Below are positions 23,607 through 32,669 of a stretch of DNA of 64,000 nt, one piece after another (positions within the stretch are counted from its first letter, which is position 1; every line of letters begins with the position of its first letter). The notes under the pieces are model-generated. The model saw nothing but the letters and a program-made list of their open reading frames with translations. It had not been told where the DNA came from and ran no database searches. The position numbers were made by a program, and so were the translations under genes. This stretch comes from Candidatus Cloacimonadales bacterium. GTDB lineage: Bacteria > Cloacimonadota > Cloacimonadia > Cloacimonadales > JAIOQZ01. Location of the stretch: positions 576,001 through 640,000 of the forward strand of contig OY762463.1 of NCBI GenBank assembly GCA_963665815.1, read 5' to 3'.

Positions 23607-23857
23607 TTGCAGGTTAAAATAGGTTTAGATCATGCAAAGTTAAAGATTTGATACTAATTGTCAAATAAAAAAAATGGTAAGCAATGATTTTATATATATG
23701 TTCTGACTTTCAAATGAAGATCAGTCAATTTGTCGAAATAATGGATTAATTCAGTAAAATTATAACGAAATCGTATACTTGCTTTTTCTGTAGGAGAATT
23801 GATGTTCTTTTCTTCTTTTCACCATTTCCACGATTAATTCTGTGGTCAACCAAAATC

Positions 23858-23882
23858 CAGGGAGCAGAAAACTGCCCCCTGA
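23858..23882 (-). terminator. Hairpin downstream of the NFACT-R gene
   Basis: CAGGGAGCAG-AAAA-CTGCCCCCTG imperfect stem. Confidence 0.45.
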
Positions 23883-23886
23883 TAAA

Positions 23887-24252
23887 TCAGTCTATCCCGG
23901 GTATTACCTTAATTGTCTTTTCTCGTCTGGTTAATACAGAGCCAGGCTTCATTCCGCTTTTTTTACTTACATTGCCTGTCTGAGTATATGTAACGGGTGC
24001 AGATTTGGCTGTTCTGTACTTACTGTGGTAAGCTGCCACCTCGGCTGCTTTGGTTATATCGGATTTCTCAGCATCAGCAGCATTACAAAGTAAAACAACA
24101 TGACTCCCGGGAACCCCCTTAGCATGGAACCAAAGGTTATATGGTTTTGCCACTTTGAATGTCAGATAATCATTATCATAGTCTGTTTTGCCTGCCAACA
24201 CTATGTGACCGTTCTCAGTCTTATACTCCCAGTATTTGCATTTGATTTCCAT
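23887..24252 (-). CDS. Stand-alone NFACT RNA-binding domain (DUF814) protein
   Basis: GKTDYDNDYLT, WFHAKGVPGSHV, AAYHSK. Confidence 0.85.
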   Translation of the reverse strand: MEIKCKYWEYKTENGHIVLAGKTDYDNDYLTFKVAKPYNLWFHAKGVPGSHVVLLCNAADAEKSDITKAAEVAAYHSKYRTAKSAPVTYTQTGNVSKKSGMKPGSVLTRREKTIKVIPGID

Positions 24253-24314
24253 TTTTCCTCATTTCTTTATCAGTGATCTCAAACTGTCTACTCTGACAGT
24301 TTAAAATTTTCCAA

Positions 24315-24650
24315 TTATGTGACAAAATTATTCTCCTCAATTGAGTCAATAAGTTCCTCAACATCATGTAAAGAATGAATGATATGATTCACGATGTCAA
24401 TTCTTTCATCCTTAACAGCCCTGATTTCCTGATCATAATGATGCCTTTCCGTATTGTTTTCTGTTATCTGTGACTGGCTCCAGAACTTTTTCTCTCTTAT
24501 TACTGCCAGATATTTACCAAAATCAATTGATGCATGTTCCTCATAAATAGGAATCCTGATATTCAGTCTGTTTCTGTATTTAACTACCCTTAATTTAAGT
24601 TTAGTTAACAGATCTTTCCTGATATTAACCTGAATTAACTCTTTCGTCAT
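24315..24650 (-). CDS. Hypothetical protein translationally coupled to the Cro-like gene
   Basis: 111-aa ORF; TAATG stop/start overlap at 24650. Confidence 0.6.
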   Translation of the reverse strand: MTKELIQVNIRKDLLTKLKLRVVKYRNRLNIRIPIYEEHASIDFGKYLAVIREKKFWSQSQITENNTERHHYDQEIRAVKDERIDIVNHIIHSLHDVEELIDSIEENNFVT

Positions 24651-24844
24651 TATTCCTTCCCCGATTCAAGATTAAAAAAATAAATTGATGCTCTGGTTCT
24701 TAAAGGTAAAGCTTTTACTCTCTGATTCTCTACAAGGGAAAGCCAAGTACGGCTGATATTCAATTCTTCAGAAAGCTGCTTCATGCTAATGTTGTGTAAA
24801 ATCCTCTTAATCCTTACTTCTTTGCCTGTCAATATTCTCATCAT
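24650..24844 (-). CDS. Small XRE-family HTH regulator (Cro-like)
   Basis: RILHNISMKQLSEELNISRTWLSLVEN; GGAGGA RBS places the start at 24844 or 24841 rather than 24892. Confidence 0.8.
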   Translation of the reverse strand: MMRILTGKEVRIKRILHNISMKQLSEELNISRTWLSLVENQRVKALPLRTRASIYFFNLESGKE

Positions 24845-24878
24845 TCCTCCACAAAATATTTTAGTTTGAAAAAAGTAT

Positions 24879-24956
24879 TTGACAATTAACATAAATTAAT
24901 ATATATTAATCAACGATAACTAAGAGTCTTATATTTAACTTTAATTAAATTGTCAA
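24879..24956. promoter_or_regulatory. Face-to-face sigma70-type promoters and palindromic candidate operator
   Basis: + strand TTGACA(24879)-N17-TATATT(24902); - strand TTGACA(24956)-N17-TATAAG(24933); perfect palindrome ATTAATATATATTAAT at 24895-24910. Confidence 0.65.
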
Positions 24957-24987
24957 GAATATATTTTACTTTTATTAAGGAAGTGTA

Positions 24988-25422
24988 ATGATAGGTGATA
25001 GATTTAAAGAACTACGTAGTACGCTTAACATGCGTCAATCAGACTTTGCAGCTAAGCTTGGAGTATCTTCTGCTGCACTTTCGAAAATCGAAAATAATCT
25101 AACCGTAAACCCCAGAACTGAAATAGTGAATTCTTTAATTCATGAGTTCAAAGTTAACATGGAATGGCTTTTTTCGGGTACAGGAGAAATGTTTACTAAT
25201 TCTGAAATACATGAGGATAATGGTACTATTGAAGAGTACAGACAGAAAACCATGGAACTTCAGGAAGAACTCTCAAATGTACAAAAAAAACTGATCAGCG
25301 AAATTGAAGAAAACAAGCTTATGAGAAAAGAGTTTAACAGCAAACTGCGCGAAATTGTGAAAAGCATCAAAAAAGGTGAAATAGATATAGAACGACTGCT
25401 CAGTCTTAGTTTTCTGGATTAA
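24988..25422 (+). CDS. XRE-family HTH regulator (CI-like) with coiled-coil C-terminus
   Basis: IGDRFKELR...QSDFAAKLGVSSAALSKIEN...VNMEWLFSGTGEMF. Confidence 0.88.
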   Translation: MIGDRFKELRSTLNMRQSDFAAKLGVSSAALSKIENNLTVNPRTEIVNSLIHEFKVNMEWLFSGTGEMFTNSEIHEDNGTIEEYRQKTMELQEELSNVQKKLISEIEENKLMRKEFNSKLREIVKSIKKGEIDIERLLSLSFLD

Positions 25423-25424
25423 AT

Positions 25425-27539
25425 CTATAAACTGACTTTGAGACTGACAGATCCCGCAAATGTTGTTCCGGGTTGAGGTTCATGACTCTGGATTTCGTAT
25501 TCGGTGTTGAGGATATTATCTACAGAAAGGTTGCAATTAACAATGTACCTCTTCCCTGCTTCTATTCTATATGAAATAATGGCATTCAAAAGTTCGTAAG
25601 GTGTGATAACTCCATTAAGATTGTCATTGGTTTTCCATTGTCTGCCGAAGCGTTCCCAGTATAAACCTGATTCAAGATTTGTAATTTTGCATTTCAGAGA
25701 AAGTCTGGTCTCGGAAGAAAAGATATTCGGAATATTCTTATCATAATGATCAGAGCCATCTGTTTTGTTAACTGCGAAGTTTCGTTTCCAGTCAAAACCT
25801 GCAGAAAAACCATATGGGAGTTTCTGCGTTATATTTATGTGCCAGATTTCATATTCAGCATCAGCAATATTACCAGTTGTCCAGGAATTCAGAGATTTAT
25901 ACCAGAATATCATATCCTTTAACTCTGATTTCTGTAATTCTACTGTAAACTCAGTATATTGCATTTTTATTCTAAGGAAAGTATTGATTCCGGTAAGTTT
26001 CTCTTCTTTTAAATCAGGATTACCTTTTACTCTTGAATCTCCTTTCCAGTAAAGTTCATAAAATGAAGGCACAGTGTATGCCTGTCCATAGTTTACACCT
26101 GAATGAACTCCGAATAAATCCGGAAAATCTTTGCTTAGCTCAATACTACCACTATAGTTTAAATATCTACTGTCATTTTCAAAGGCATAACCCGAGCTGA
26201 TTTCCCCCTTGATACTCCCAATGGATTTTACTTCAAATGTCATAAGGGTGTCTGATCTGCTAAGGTTTATGTATTCTCCCAGTTTCTGCATTGTCAGTGA
26301 CTCTGAATTTTTAAAGACCGGAATTGTTAAATCCTGCTGTTTATAATACTCGTTTGTGTAGTTTGCAACTTGACTGATTTTCAGGTATTTAATATCAATT
26401 TCAGTATTGAATCTAATGTCATTTTTCCTGTATTTTTCTTTTGTAAGACTTCGGGAAGCAGGCACTTTTGAAGCCATATTATCGTATCTCGTATGTTGAT
26501 CTGAGAATAAATATGACAAGGTGCAAACACTTTTCCCAAAAGAATCTCTATAGCTTAATAGGTAATTTCCATTGTGACCGGATAGTCTGCTATTCTCATA
26601 CTTGGTTACATTGGTGACTGCTCCGGGAGTACCTCTCTCAAACTCATTGTAAAATGCTGTAATCCCAAATTTTTGGGTTTTCAATGCTCCGGAAAAAGTA
26701 TACTCTTCTATGTCATTATTGCTTCTTTCGTGAGTGACATCTTGAAGATTGATATAATCAAAATTGTTTTTCCCCGTGTTGTATTCCCCTGATATAACCG
26801 AACTGAACATTGAGTTACTGGTGCTTAAATGAAGCTTTTCAGTATAGTTTTTGAATGAACCCATTGAAGTAGTCGCAGTCAATGATGATTTACCTGAAGT
26901 ACTTTTAGATCTTGTTTTTATAGAAATTATTCCACCTGCTGCACCGGAAGAATATGTAGAATTCCCTTCCAGTATATCAATGCTTTCAACTATGTTAAGG
27001 GGAATTGCCGAAAGATCATATGCCTGACCTGATTTGTTCAGGGGAACACCATCCAGAAGTATCAAAGTATGCTTTGCAGATTTTCCCTTAAGAGATACTT
27101 TCTGCTCTCCTCCATCTGTGAATTTGTTTCCTTTCACATAAATTCCGGCTGAATCTTTTAGAAGAGTCTCCAAAGTACTGTTTTCTCTATCATTGTCATT
27201 GAGCTCAATAGACTTTACATTTCCAGCATCAATGTAAGAACTCTTATTTCGTGATTCGACAACTTTTATTTGTTTTCCTTTCAGCGCATTGCTTTTCAAC
27301 GATACTGTACGAGGAACCGGTTTAAAAACTGCGGACTCGAAACCCAGCTTAATTATTGTTACCGAATCCGGTTTTGCCTGAAAACGTACAATTCCTTTTT
27401 CATTTGTCAGATATATTTTTCCCAAATAGATAACAGCGGCGTTTTCTACAGGTTTATTATCTGAATCATATACTGCTAAATTAAAAGCACCGGCATAAAT
27501 GGGAATTACAAGGATAAGGAATAAAAGTAGTGTTTTCAT
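25425..27539 (-). CDS. TonB-dependent outer-membrane receptor (BtuB-like)
   Basis: Plug motifs LILLDGVPLN, VESIDILEG, AGGIISIKT; barrel motifs GNPDLKEE, VDNILNTEY. Confidence 0.88.
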   Translation of the reverse strand: MKTLLLFLILVIPIYAGAFNLAVYDSDNKPVENAAVIYLGKIYLTNEKGIVRFQAKPDSVTIIKLGFESAVFKPVPRTVSLKSNALKGKQIKVVESRNKSSYIDAGNVKSIELNDNDRENSTLETLLKDSAGIYVKGNKFTDGGEQKVSLKGKSAKHTLILLDGVPLNKSGQAYDLSAIPLNIVESIDILEGNSTYSSGAAGGIISIKTRSKSTSGKSSLTATTSMGSFKNYTEKLHLSTSNSMFSSVISGEYNTGKNNFDYINLQDVTHERSNNDIEEYTFSGALKTQKFGITAFYNEFERGTPGAVTNVTKYENSRLSGHNGNYLLSYRDSFGKSVCTLSYLFSDQHTRYDNMASKVPASRSLTKEKYRKNDIRFNTEIDIKYLKISQVANYTNEYYKQQDLTIPVFKNSESLTMQKLGEYINLSRSDTLMTFEVKSIGSIKGEISSGYAFENDSRYLNYSGSIELSKDFPDLFGVHSGVNYGQAYTVPSFYELYWKGDSRVKGNPDLKEEKLTGINTFLRIKMQYTEFTVELQKSELKDMIFWYKSLNSWTTGNIADAEYEIWHINITQKLPYGFSAGFDWKRNFAVNKTDGSDHYDKNIPNIFSSETRLSLKCKITNLESGLYWERFGRQWKTNDNLNGVITPYELLNAIISYRIEAGKRYIVNCNLSVDNILNTEYEIQSHEPQPGTTFAGSVSLKVSL

Positions 27540-28315
27540 TATTTATATAGGACATGCGGAATATTGGAATCTTTGTAATTCATAATATTGATATTATGGT
27601 CGTACAAAGTTTTAAGATTTTCACTGTTTATAACTGAAGCAGGAGAACCATCTGCAATTATCGATCCTTTTTTTAACATGATGATACGATCACAATATGA
27701 AGATGCCAGATTGATATTATGGGAAACAAGAATAATAAGCATGTTTCGTTCTTTCTTAAGTTTTTTCAGCAAGTTCATCAGTTCGATCTGGTGATTGAGA
27801 TCCAGATTGGAAAAGCTTTCATCCATCAGCAGGATTGGAGTTTTCTGAATTAGTGATCTGGCAATAGATACTCTCTGTTTTTCTCCACCGGAAAGAGATC
27901 TGTAAAAGTCCTTTCTCTTATGAGTCAGTTCAAGTCTGCTGAGTACTTCTTCAACATCATCTTGAATATCATTATCATTAAGCTGAAACAAACTGCTGTG
28001 TGGATAATTACCCATTATTATAAGATCTTCCACAAGATAACTGAATTGAGGAAAAAATTCCTGAGGAATTATTGAAATTTGCTTTGCCAACTCTTTTCTT
28101 TTCCATTTAGCAACGGATTTTTCAAAAACGTCTACCCCGCCGGATGTAGTTGGAATTGTACCAATAAGGGTGTGCAGCAAAGTTGTCTTACCACTTCCGT
28201 TAGGACCGATAATTCCAACAAAGCTGTTTAAAGTGAAGTCCAGATTCAGATCCTTCAACACAATTTTATCAGGATATCCGGCTGTAACGTTGTTGACTTT
28301 CAAACATTTTTGCAT
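27539..28315 (-). CDS. ABC transporter ATP-binding protein (BtuD/FecE-like)
   Basis: GPNGSGKT, LSGGEKQR, LLMDE, NLDLNHQ, SH switch. Confidence 0.9.
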   Translation of the reverse strand: MQKCLKVNNVTAGYPDKIVLKDLNLDFTLNSFVGIIGPNGSGKTTLLHTLIGTIPTTSGGVDVFEKSVAKWKRKELAKQISIIPQEFFPQFSYLVEDLIIMGNYPHSSLFQLNDNDIQDDVEEVLSRLELTHKRKDFYRSLSGGEKQRVSIARSLIQKTPILLMDESFSNLDLNHQIELMNLLKKLKKERNMLIILVSHNINLASSYCDRIIMLKKGSIIADGSPASVINSENLKTLYDHNINIMNYKDSNIPHVLYK

Positions 28316-28468
28316 AAGCCAATAAATTGAAGATGTGAAAAAGTTACAAGTTTTAAATCAGAACTTGCAAAAACAGCATTTATGTATTATAGTTTTTTTG
28401 AGACAAAAATCATTGACTTTTATGATAGAAAGCTTGGTCTTGGTTACTTAGAAAAAAAAGGATTAATT

Positions 28469-29638
28469 ATGAACAGAATATATATGAATAATTGTGTGAC
28501 AACCAGAATAGACGATGAAGTTCTGGATCACATGATTCCTTACATGAAGGAGAGTTTTTACTTTCCTGCCAACTTTATTAAAACAGGTGAAGAGGCCAAC
28601 GATATGATAGCTGCTGCCAAACAAGCAATTGCAAAAACAATCAATGCAGATGCAAATGAAATACACTTTACTAAAGGTGGAACATCAGCAAACAATCTGG
28701 CAATAAAGGGTTTCCTCACAGCAAATGCATCTAAGGGAACACACATAATCTGCTCAGTTGTAGATTATCCTGATATTCTCACAAACGCATCTTTCTTTGA
28801 AAGCAGTGGATTTGATGTATCATACATTTCTTGTGATGACAAAGGATTCATTAACCTGGATGAACTTAAAGAAGCAATTAGAGAAGACACTGTCCTGTTT
28901 ATGACCACTCTTGCCAATCATACCTCAGGAACAATCCAACCGATTGCGAAAATCAGAGAAATTCTCGATACTGCGGATCATAGAATATACTTCCATGTGG
29001 ATGCTTGTCAGGCATACGGAAAAATTGATATTGATGTCAACGATCCTAAGATTGATATGATGTCATTATCAGCACATAAAATACACGGACCTCAGGGAGT
29101 CGGTGCATTATATCAACGAAAAGGTGTTGTGCTAGGTCAGATGCATCATGGGATTTCCAGAATAGATAATCTTGAGAACGGTGGCATAAGCATAGCAGGG
29201 ATTGCCGGTTTCCATAAAGCCGTGGAAGTGTTGTTCAGGGACATAGAAGGATACAGAAACCATCTTAAGGAAATGTCTGATTACCTGTTCAGCAAAGTTA
29301 AGAATGACATTCCTTATATTCTTATTAATGGTCCTGAAGGAGATGAAAGAATTCTCCATAATGTGAATATCTCTTTCGATTATATTGAAGGAGAAGCTAT
29401 CATGATGATGCTTGATATTCAGGATATTATAGTAGCTACAGGTTCTGCCTGTGCTTCTCAGGGTCTCAAACCTAATTATATTCTGATGGCAATGGGAAGA
29501 TCCCATGAACAATCACATGGTTCAATCAAATTTACACTTAGCAAATATACAACCAAAGAAGAAATAGACCGAACAGTTTCCAGCCTGGCTGAAATTGTTG
29601 AAAAATTGAGATTAAGAAGTCCTCTTTACAATAAGTAA
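28469..29638 (+). CDS. iscS: Cysteine desulfurase (IscS/NifS family), divergent
   Basis: HVDACQA, SAHKIHGP (PLP Lys), GSACAS (catalytic Cys); start moved to MNRIY at 28469. Confidence 0.82.
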   Translation: MNRIYMNNCVTTRIDDEVLDHMIPYMKESFYFPANFIKTGEEANDMIAAAKQAIAKTINADANEIHFTKGGTSANNLAIKGFLTANASKGTHIICSVVDYPDILTNASFFESSGFDVSYISCDDKGFINLDELKEAIREDTVLFMTTLANHTSGTIQPIAKIREILDTADHRIYFHVDACQAYGKIDIDVNDPKIDMMSLSAHKIHGPQGVGALYQRKGVVLGQMHHGISRIDNLENGGISIAGIAGFHKAVEVLFRDIEGYRNHLKEMSDYLFSKVKNDIPYILINGPEGDERILHNVNISFDYIEGEAIMMMLDIQDIIVATGSACASQGLKPNYILMAMGRSHEQSHGSIKFTLSKYTTKEEIDRTVSSLAEIVEKLRLRSPLYNK

Positions 29639-29654
29639 ATAACAGGGAGATAAT

Positions 29655-30275
29655 ATGCAGTATTCACAGAAAGTCTTAGATCACTTCATGAATCCTCATA
29701 ATGTTGGTAAACTTGAACATGCAGATATCATTGCTACAGAAGGTTCACCGGCTTGTGGAGATCAGGTTACATTGTACTTAAAAATAAATGATGATACAAA
29801 AGTCATAGAAGATATATCTTTTCAGTCATACGGATGCGCTTCCAATATCGCAACCGGATCAATTATAACCGACCTTGCCAAAGGCAAAACACTTGATGAA
29901 GCAAAAAACATTACATGGAAGGATGCTGCCGCAGAACTTGATGGACTCCCTCCTCAAAAAATGCACTGCTCAGTTCTGGCAGTTGATACTCTTATGACTG
30001 CAATTAAGCAATATGAGATTGAGCATAGTTTATCTGAGAAGGATGTGTTTTCTAAGGATCAGATTATCGAAGAGCTTCATAAAATCATTTACCCTAAAGT
30101 AGGTGAAGATATTATTGCTCTGAAAATGGTGAAATATGTTGGTTTTGATCATGGTGTAGCAACAATTGATATTGAGATTCCGAAGTTTGATACATACCGT
30201 GATAATGTAGCAGAAGAAATTAGAGAACACCTCGAAAAATTCCCGGAAATCAAAGATATTAAGATAAATATGTAA
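29655..30275 (+). CDS. iscU: IscU/NifU-type scaffold fused to a DUF59/MIP18-like domain
   Basis: YSQKVLDHFMNPHNVG, ACGD, YGCAS, KMHCS; extra C-terminal ~75 aa (IEELHKIIYPKVGEDIIALKMV). Confidence 0.85.
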   Translation: MQYSQKVLDHFMNPHNVGKLEHADIIATEGSPACGDQVTLYLKINDDTKVIEDISFQSYGCASNIATGSIITDLAKGKTLDEAKNITWKDAAAELDGLPPQKMHCSVLAVDTLMTAIKQYEIEHSLSEKDVFSKDQIIEELHKIIYPKVGEDIIALKMVKYVGFDHGVATIDIEIPKFDTYRDNVAEEIREHLEKFPEIKDIKINM

Positions 30276-30337
30276 ATTTTGTTAAAGTTTATTTATGATT
30301 GTTCGATATTGTATTGAAAACAATATTGGAGGATACG

Positions 30338-30583
30338 ATGATAATATCAGGAGTAAGTTCACTAGCCAATGCCTACACAGCAGGCTCAGTAACTAATAAC
30401 ACTAATAATACAGATTCTGTTAAAGAAAACGATGGAGCTGTAAAACTAGAAGATAAAGAAGAAGAAGAAGTTGATTATGCTAATGAAGATGTTGAAGATG
30501 TAGATCCTTATAACTATCATAACCCAAAGCCTCAGAAAATTCTTTCTGCTGCCGGTAACGAGCAAATCGATATTCTTTTGTAG
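30338..30583 (+). CDS. Small acidic hypothetical protein
   Basis: GGAGG RBS before ATG 30338; followed by a terminator. Confidence 0.6.
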   Translation: MIISGVSSLANAYTAGSVTNNTNNTDSVKENDGAVKLEDKEEEEVDYANEDVEDVDPYNYHNPKPQKILSAAGNEQIDILL

Positions 30584-30600
30584 AGTGGTCTTAATTTAAT

Positions 30601-30634
30601 GAAGGTTATCCTTTCGGGTGACCTTCTTTTTTTT
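30601..30634 (+). terminator. Intrinsic terminator
   Basis: GAAGGTTATCC-TTTC-GGGTGACCTTC followed by T8. Confidence 0.85.
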
Positions 30635-30642
30635 ATCTTTTA

Positions 30643-30797
30643 GAGACCTTCTAATAATTGGAGTAGTTGATTAGTTTATAGACTTCATCATACTCTGACA
30701 AAATTAGTCTACTCTAAGAAGTTATTTTGATGATTTCATAAATCTCATTGAAACTGCTTACTCAATACTGCTTAATTTTGCTATTATGCAAACTCTC
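30643..30797 (-). mobile_element. MITE family A copy
   Basis: Ends GAGACCTTCTAATAATTGGAGTAGTTGA ... GCTATTATGCAAACTCTC; internal similarity to the 166-bp array unit and to 63471-63618. Confidence 0.65.
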
Positions 30798-30880
30798 ATT
30801 TATTTTCAATGAGAAAATTATTTGACAAATTTCTAGTGGGATTTAGGTTTATAATAAATACTATTTTTAAGGAGTTAGTA

Positions 30881-30955
30881 ATGAAAAAAATCATTTTTGC
30901 CGCATTAATACTGATTGTTGGAATCGCAGTATTAAAAAAAATAAAGAAAAACTAA
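30881..30955 (+). CDS. 24-aa hydrophobic, cationic small peptide MKKIIFAALILIVGIAVLKKIKKN
   Basis: TAAGGAG RBS 6 nt before ATG; TTGACA at 30822; below the ORF-track cut-off. Confidence 0.7.
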   Translation: MKKIIFAALILIVGIAVLKKIKKN

Positions 30956-31073
30956 TTTTCTGCTAAAGCTTTTTTTAGCATCGACGATCATTAACTGAGC
31001 GACGGCTCGGACAGATAAGCAGGTTAAGAAAGAATGAATCACATCACGTAATGTTCTTTCTTGATTGGAAAAG

Positions 31074-31100
31074 AAAAACCCCGCATTGCGGGGTTTTTTT
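31074..31100. terminator. Bidirectional intrinsic terminator
   Basis: AAAAACCCCGCA-T-TGCGGGGTTTTTTT. Confidence 0.9.
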
Positions 31101-31121
31101 TGCCCAAAATCAGGTGCAAAA

Positions 31122-32003
31122 TTATTTATACTTCAAATTACCAAAACCGTAATTGATTTTACTTGATATTTTTATGGAATATTCTTTCTTGCTGTCTGGA
31201 TATACTCCTTTGCCTTCAAGATTCTGTTCAAGGATACCTTCCCAGAAATTAGTATTTTCCAGTTGATATCTAATATTCCCATCTGATTTTCCCTTCAGAG
31301 TGATTAGCTCTTTCCCGTTTTCTGAAACAGATTGAAGCTTTCCTTTTACCTGAATTTTTCCCACGTCAATAGAGATTTTATCCACAGAATATTCTTCATC
31401 AGTATCAATTGAAATTCCGGTGCGTTTTTGTCCTGAGTAATTCCATTTCATCCCGGGCTTGATACTCCCTGAAGGAATTGTATCGAATATTCTTTTAAAC
31501 TCTTCGGTCACAGCATTGTCGTTAAACTGCTTAATGATGACATCTTTTAGATTCAGGTTACCGGGCATATTGTGAAGCTTATCAGCTGTTTTAGTAATAA
31601 TATCATTAAGTCCGAACACTCTTTCTACTTTCAGCTCTTTGTTAAGCTTAAGAGAGAAAGATTTACTTTTCAGCTCACTCAGAAATACTTTCAGGAAGTG
31701 TTTGCTGTCATTTGATTCTGAATCATATGCAAGTTTTGTACTTCCGTCACTGCTACTGTAATAGAGAGAATCAATTATTACCCTTGCATTGTATTTATCA
31801 AGAGGAATAATATTGTAAAGAGCAATATACTCTATATTGTAGTTAAGTGTATCGTTAATTGTAGTCTTCTGGTTGATTTTGTACAACACTTTACTGTTTA
31901 CATCTTTTGAAAAAGGAACTTTAACTTCAGTTGACTTGGAACTACAGGCAAAAATGACATAGACTAATGTCATAAATAATAAATAATGTGTTAATTTTTT
32001 CAT
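31122..32003 (-). CDS. Lipoprotein of unknown function
   Basis: Lipobox VIFAC; YDSE and IKPGMKW segments reminiscent of DUF6263-type proteins. Confidence 0.6.
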   Translation of the reverse strand: MKKLTHYLLFMTLVYVIFACSSKSTEVKVPFSKDVNSKVLYKINQKTTINDTLNYNIEYIALYNIIPLDKYNARVIIDSLYYSSSDGSTKLAYDSESNDSKHFLKVFLSELKSKSFSLKLNKELKVERVFGLNDIITKTADKLHNMPGNLNLKDVIIKQFNDNAVTEEFKRIFDTIPSGSIKPGMKWNYSGQKRTGISIDTDEEYSVDKISIDVGKIQVKGKLQSVSENGKELITLKGKSDGNIRYQLENTNFWEGILEQNLEGKGVYPDSKKEYSIKISSKINYGFGNLKYK

Positions 32004-32081
32004 GATCGTATGAAATGTTAATCTGGCAATTCTTGTCTATAAAAATTTTTAGGGTGTATATAACTTGATTCCTGACTCTGA

Positions 32082-32669
32082 CTATATCTTTGTTTTTATT
32101 TCATTTAAGAGACTCTTCTGCTCTGCTCCAAGTAAATTCAGTTTATGTATAGCATTTAAAACACTGTCCAGTTCCTGATGTCTGATAATCAAAGTCCTGA
32201 GCCAGATGTCGTTTATGACAAGATTTGCGATTTCAACAGCAGCATCTTCTACTGAGTAGTATGACTCTTTCTTGTATATGTCATAACGTTTGAGCTTTGA
32301 TTGTCCCGGTATAACATTCTGTATAAAATCTTCATAGGTGATAATTTCATCGGATGAAGCTTGAAATGGAATTCTGAAACACTTACAGATCAGCAGAAGC
32401 TCCTGAATATAGATGGGAAACCTGGCTTTATAGATAGTAGCCCATTGATGAAGTCCATATTTATTGGAACGCAGTATGACTCTGATTTCTATTGTCTGGT
32501 CAGTAATCTTATCACTGATCTGCACATACTCACTGTCCGACTCAGAAAGTAGATAGCAAATATTGAAACTCTTTGTTTTAAGTTCTTTATAAGGCATCAG
32601 ATTAACCAGTGCCTGTTTATCAGTATCCAGTATCGTACACCATTCCCATTCAGGTCTTTTGTGTTGCAT
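32082..32669 (-). CDS. Hypothetical protein, possibly CYTH-like
   Basis: WEW N-terminal motif, YLLS, GLHQW...KARFP; GGAGG RBS. Confidence 0.45.
   Translation of the reverse strand: MQHKRPEWEWCTILDTDKQALVNLMPYKELKTKSFNICYLLSESDSEYVQISDKITDQTIEIRVILRSNKYGLHQWATIYKARFPIYIQELLLICKCFRIPFQASSDEIITYEDFIQNVIPGQSKLKRYDIYKKESYYSVEDAAVEIANLVINDIWLRTLIIRHQELDSVLNAIHKLNLLGAEQKSLLNEIKTKI

Noticed and set aside
24315-25422. Intact prophage
   Set aside because: No integrase, replication, structural or lysis genes nearby
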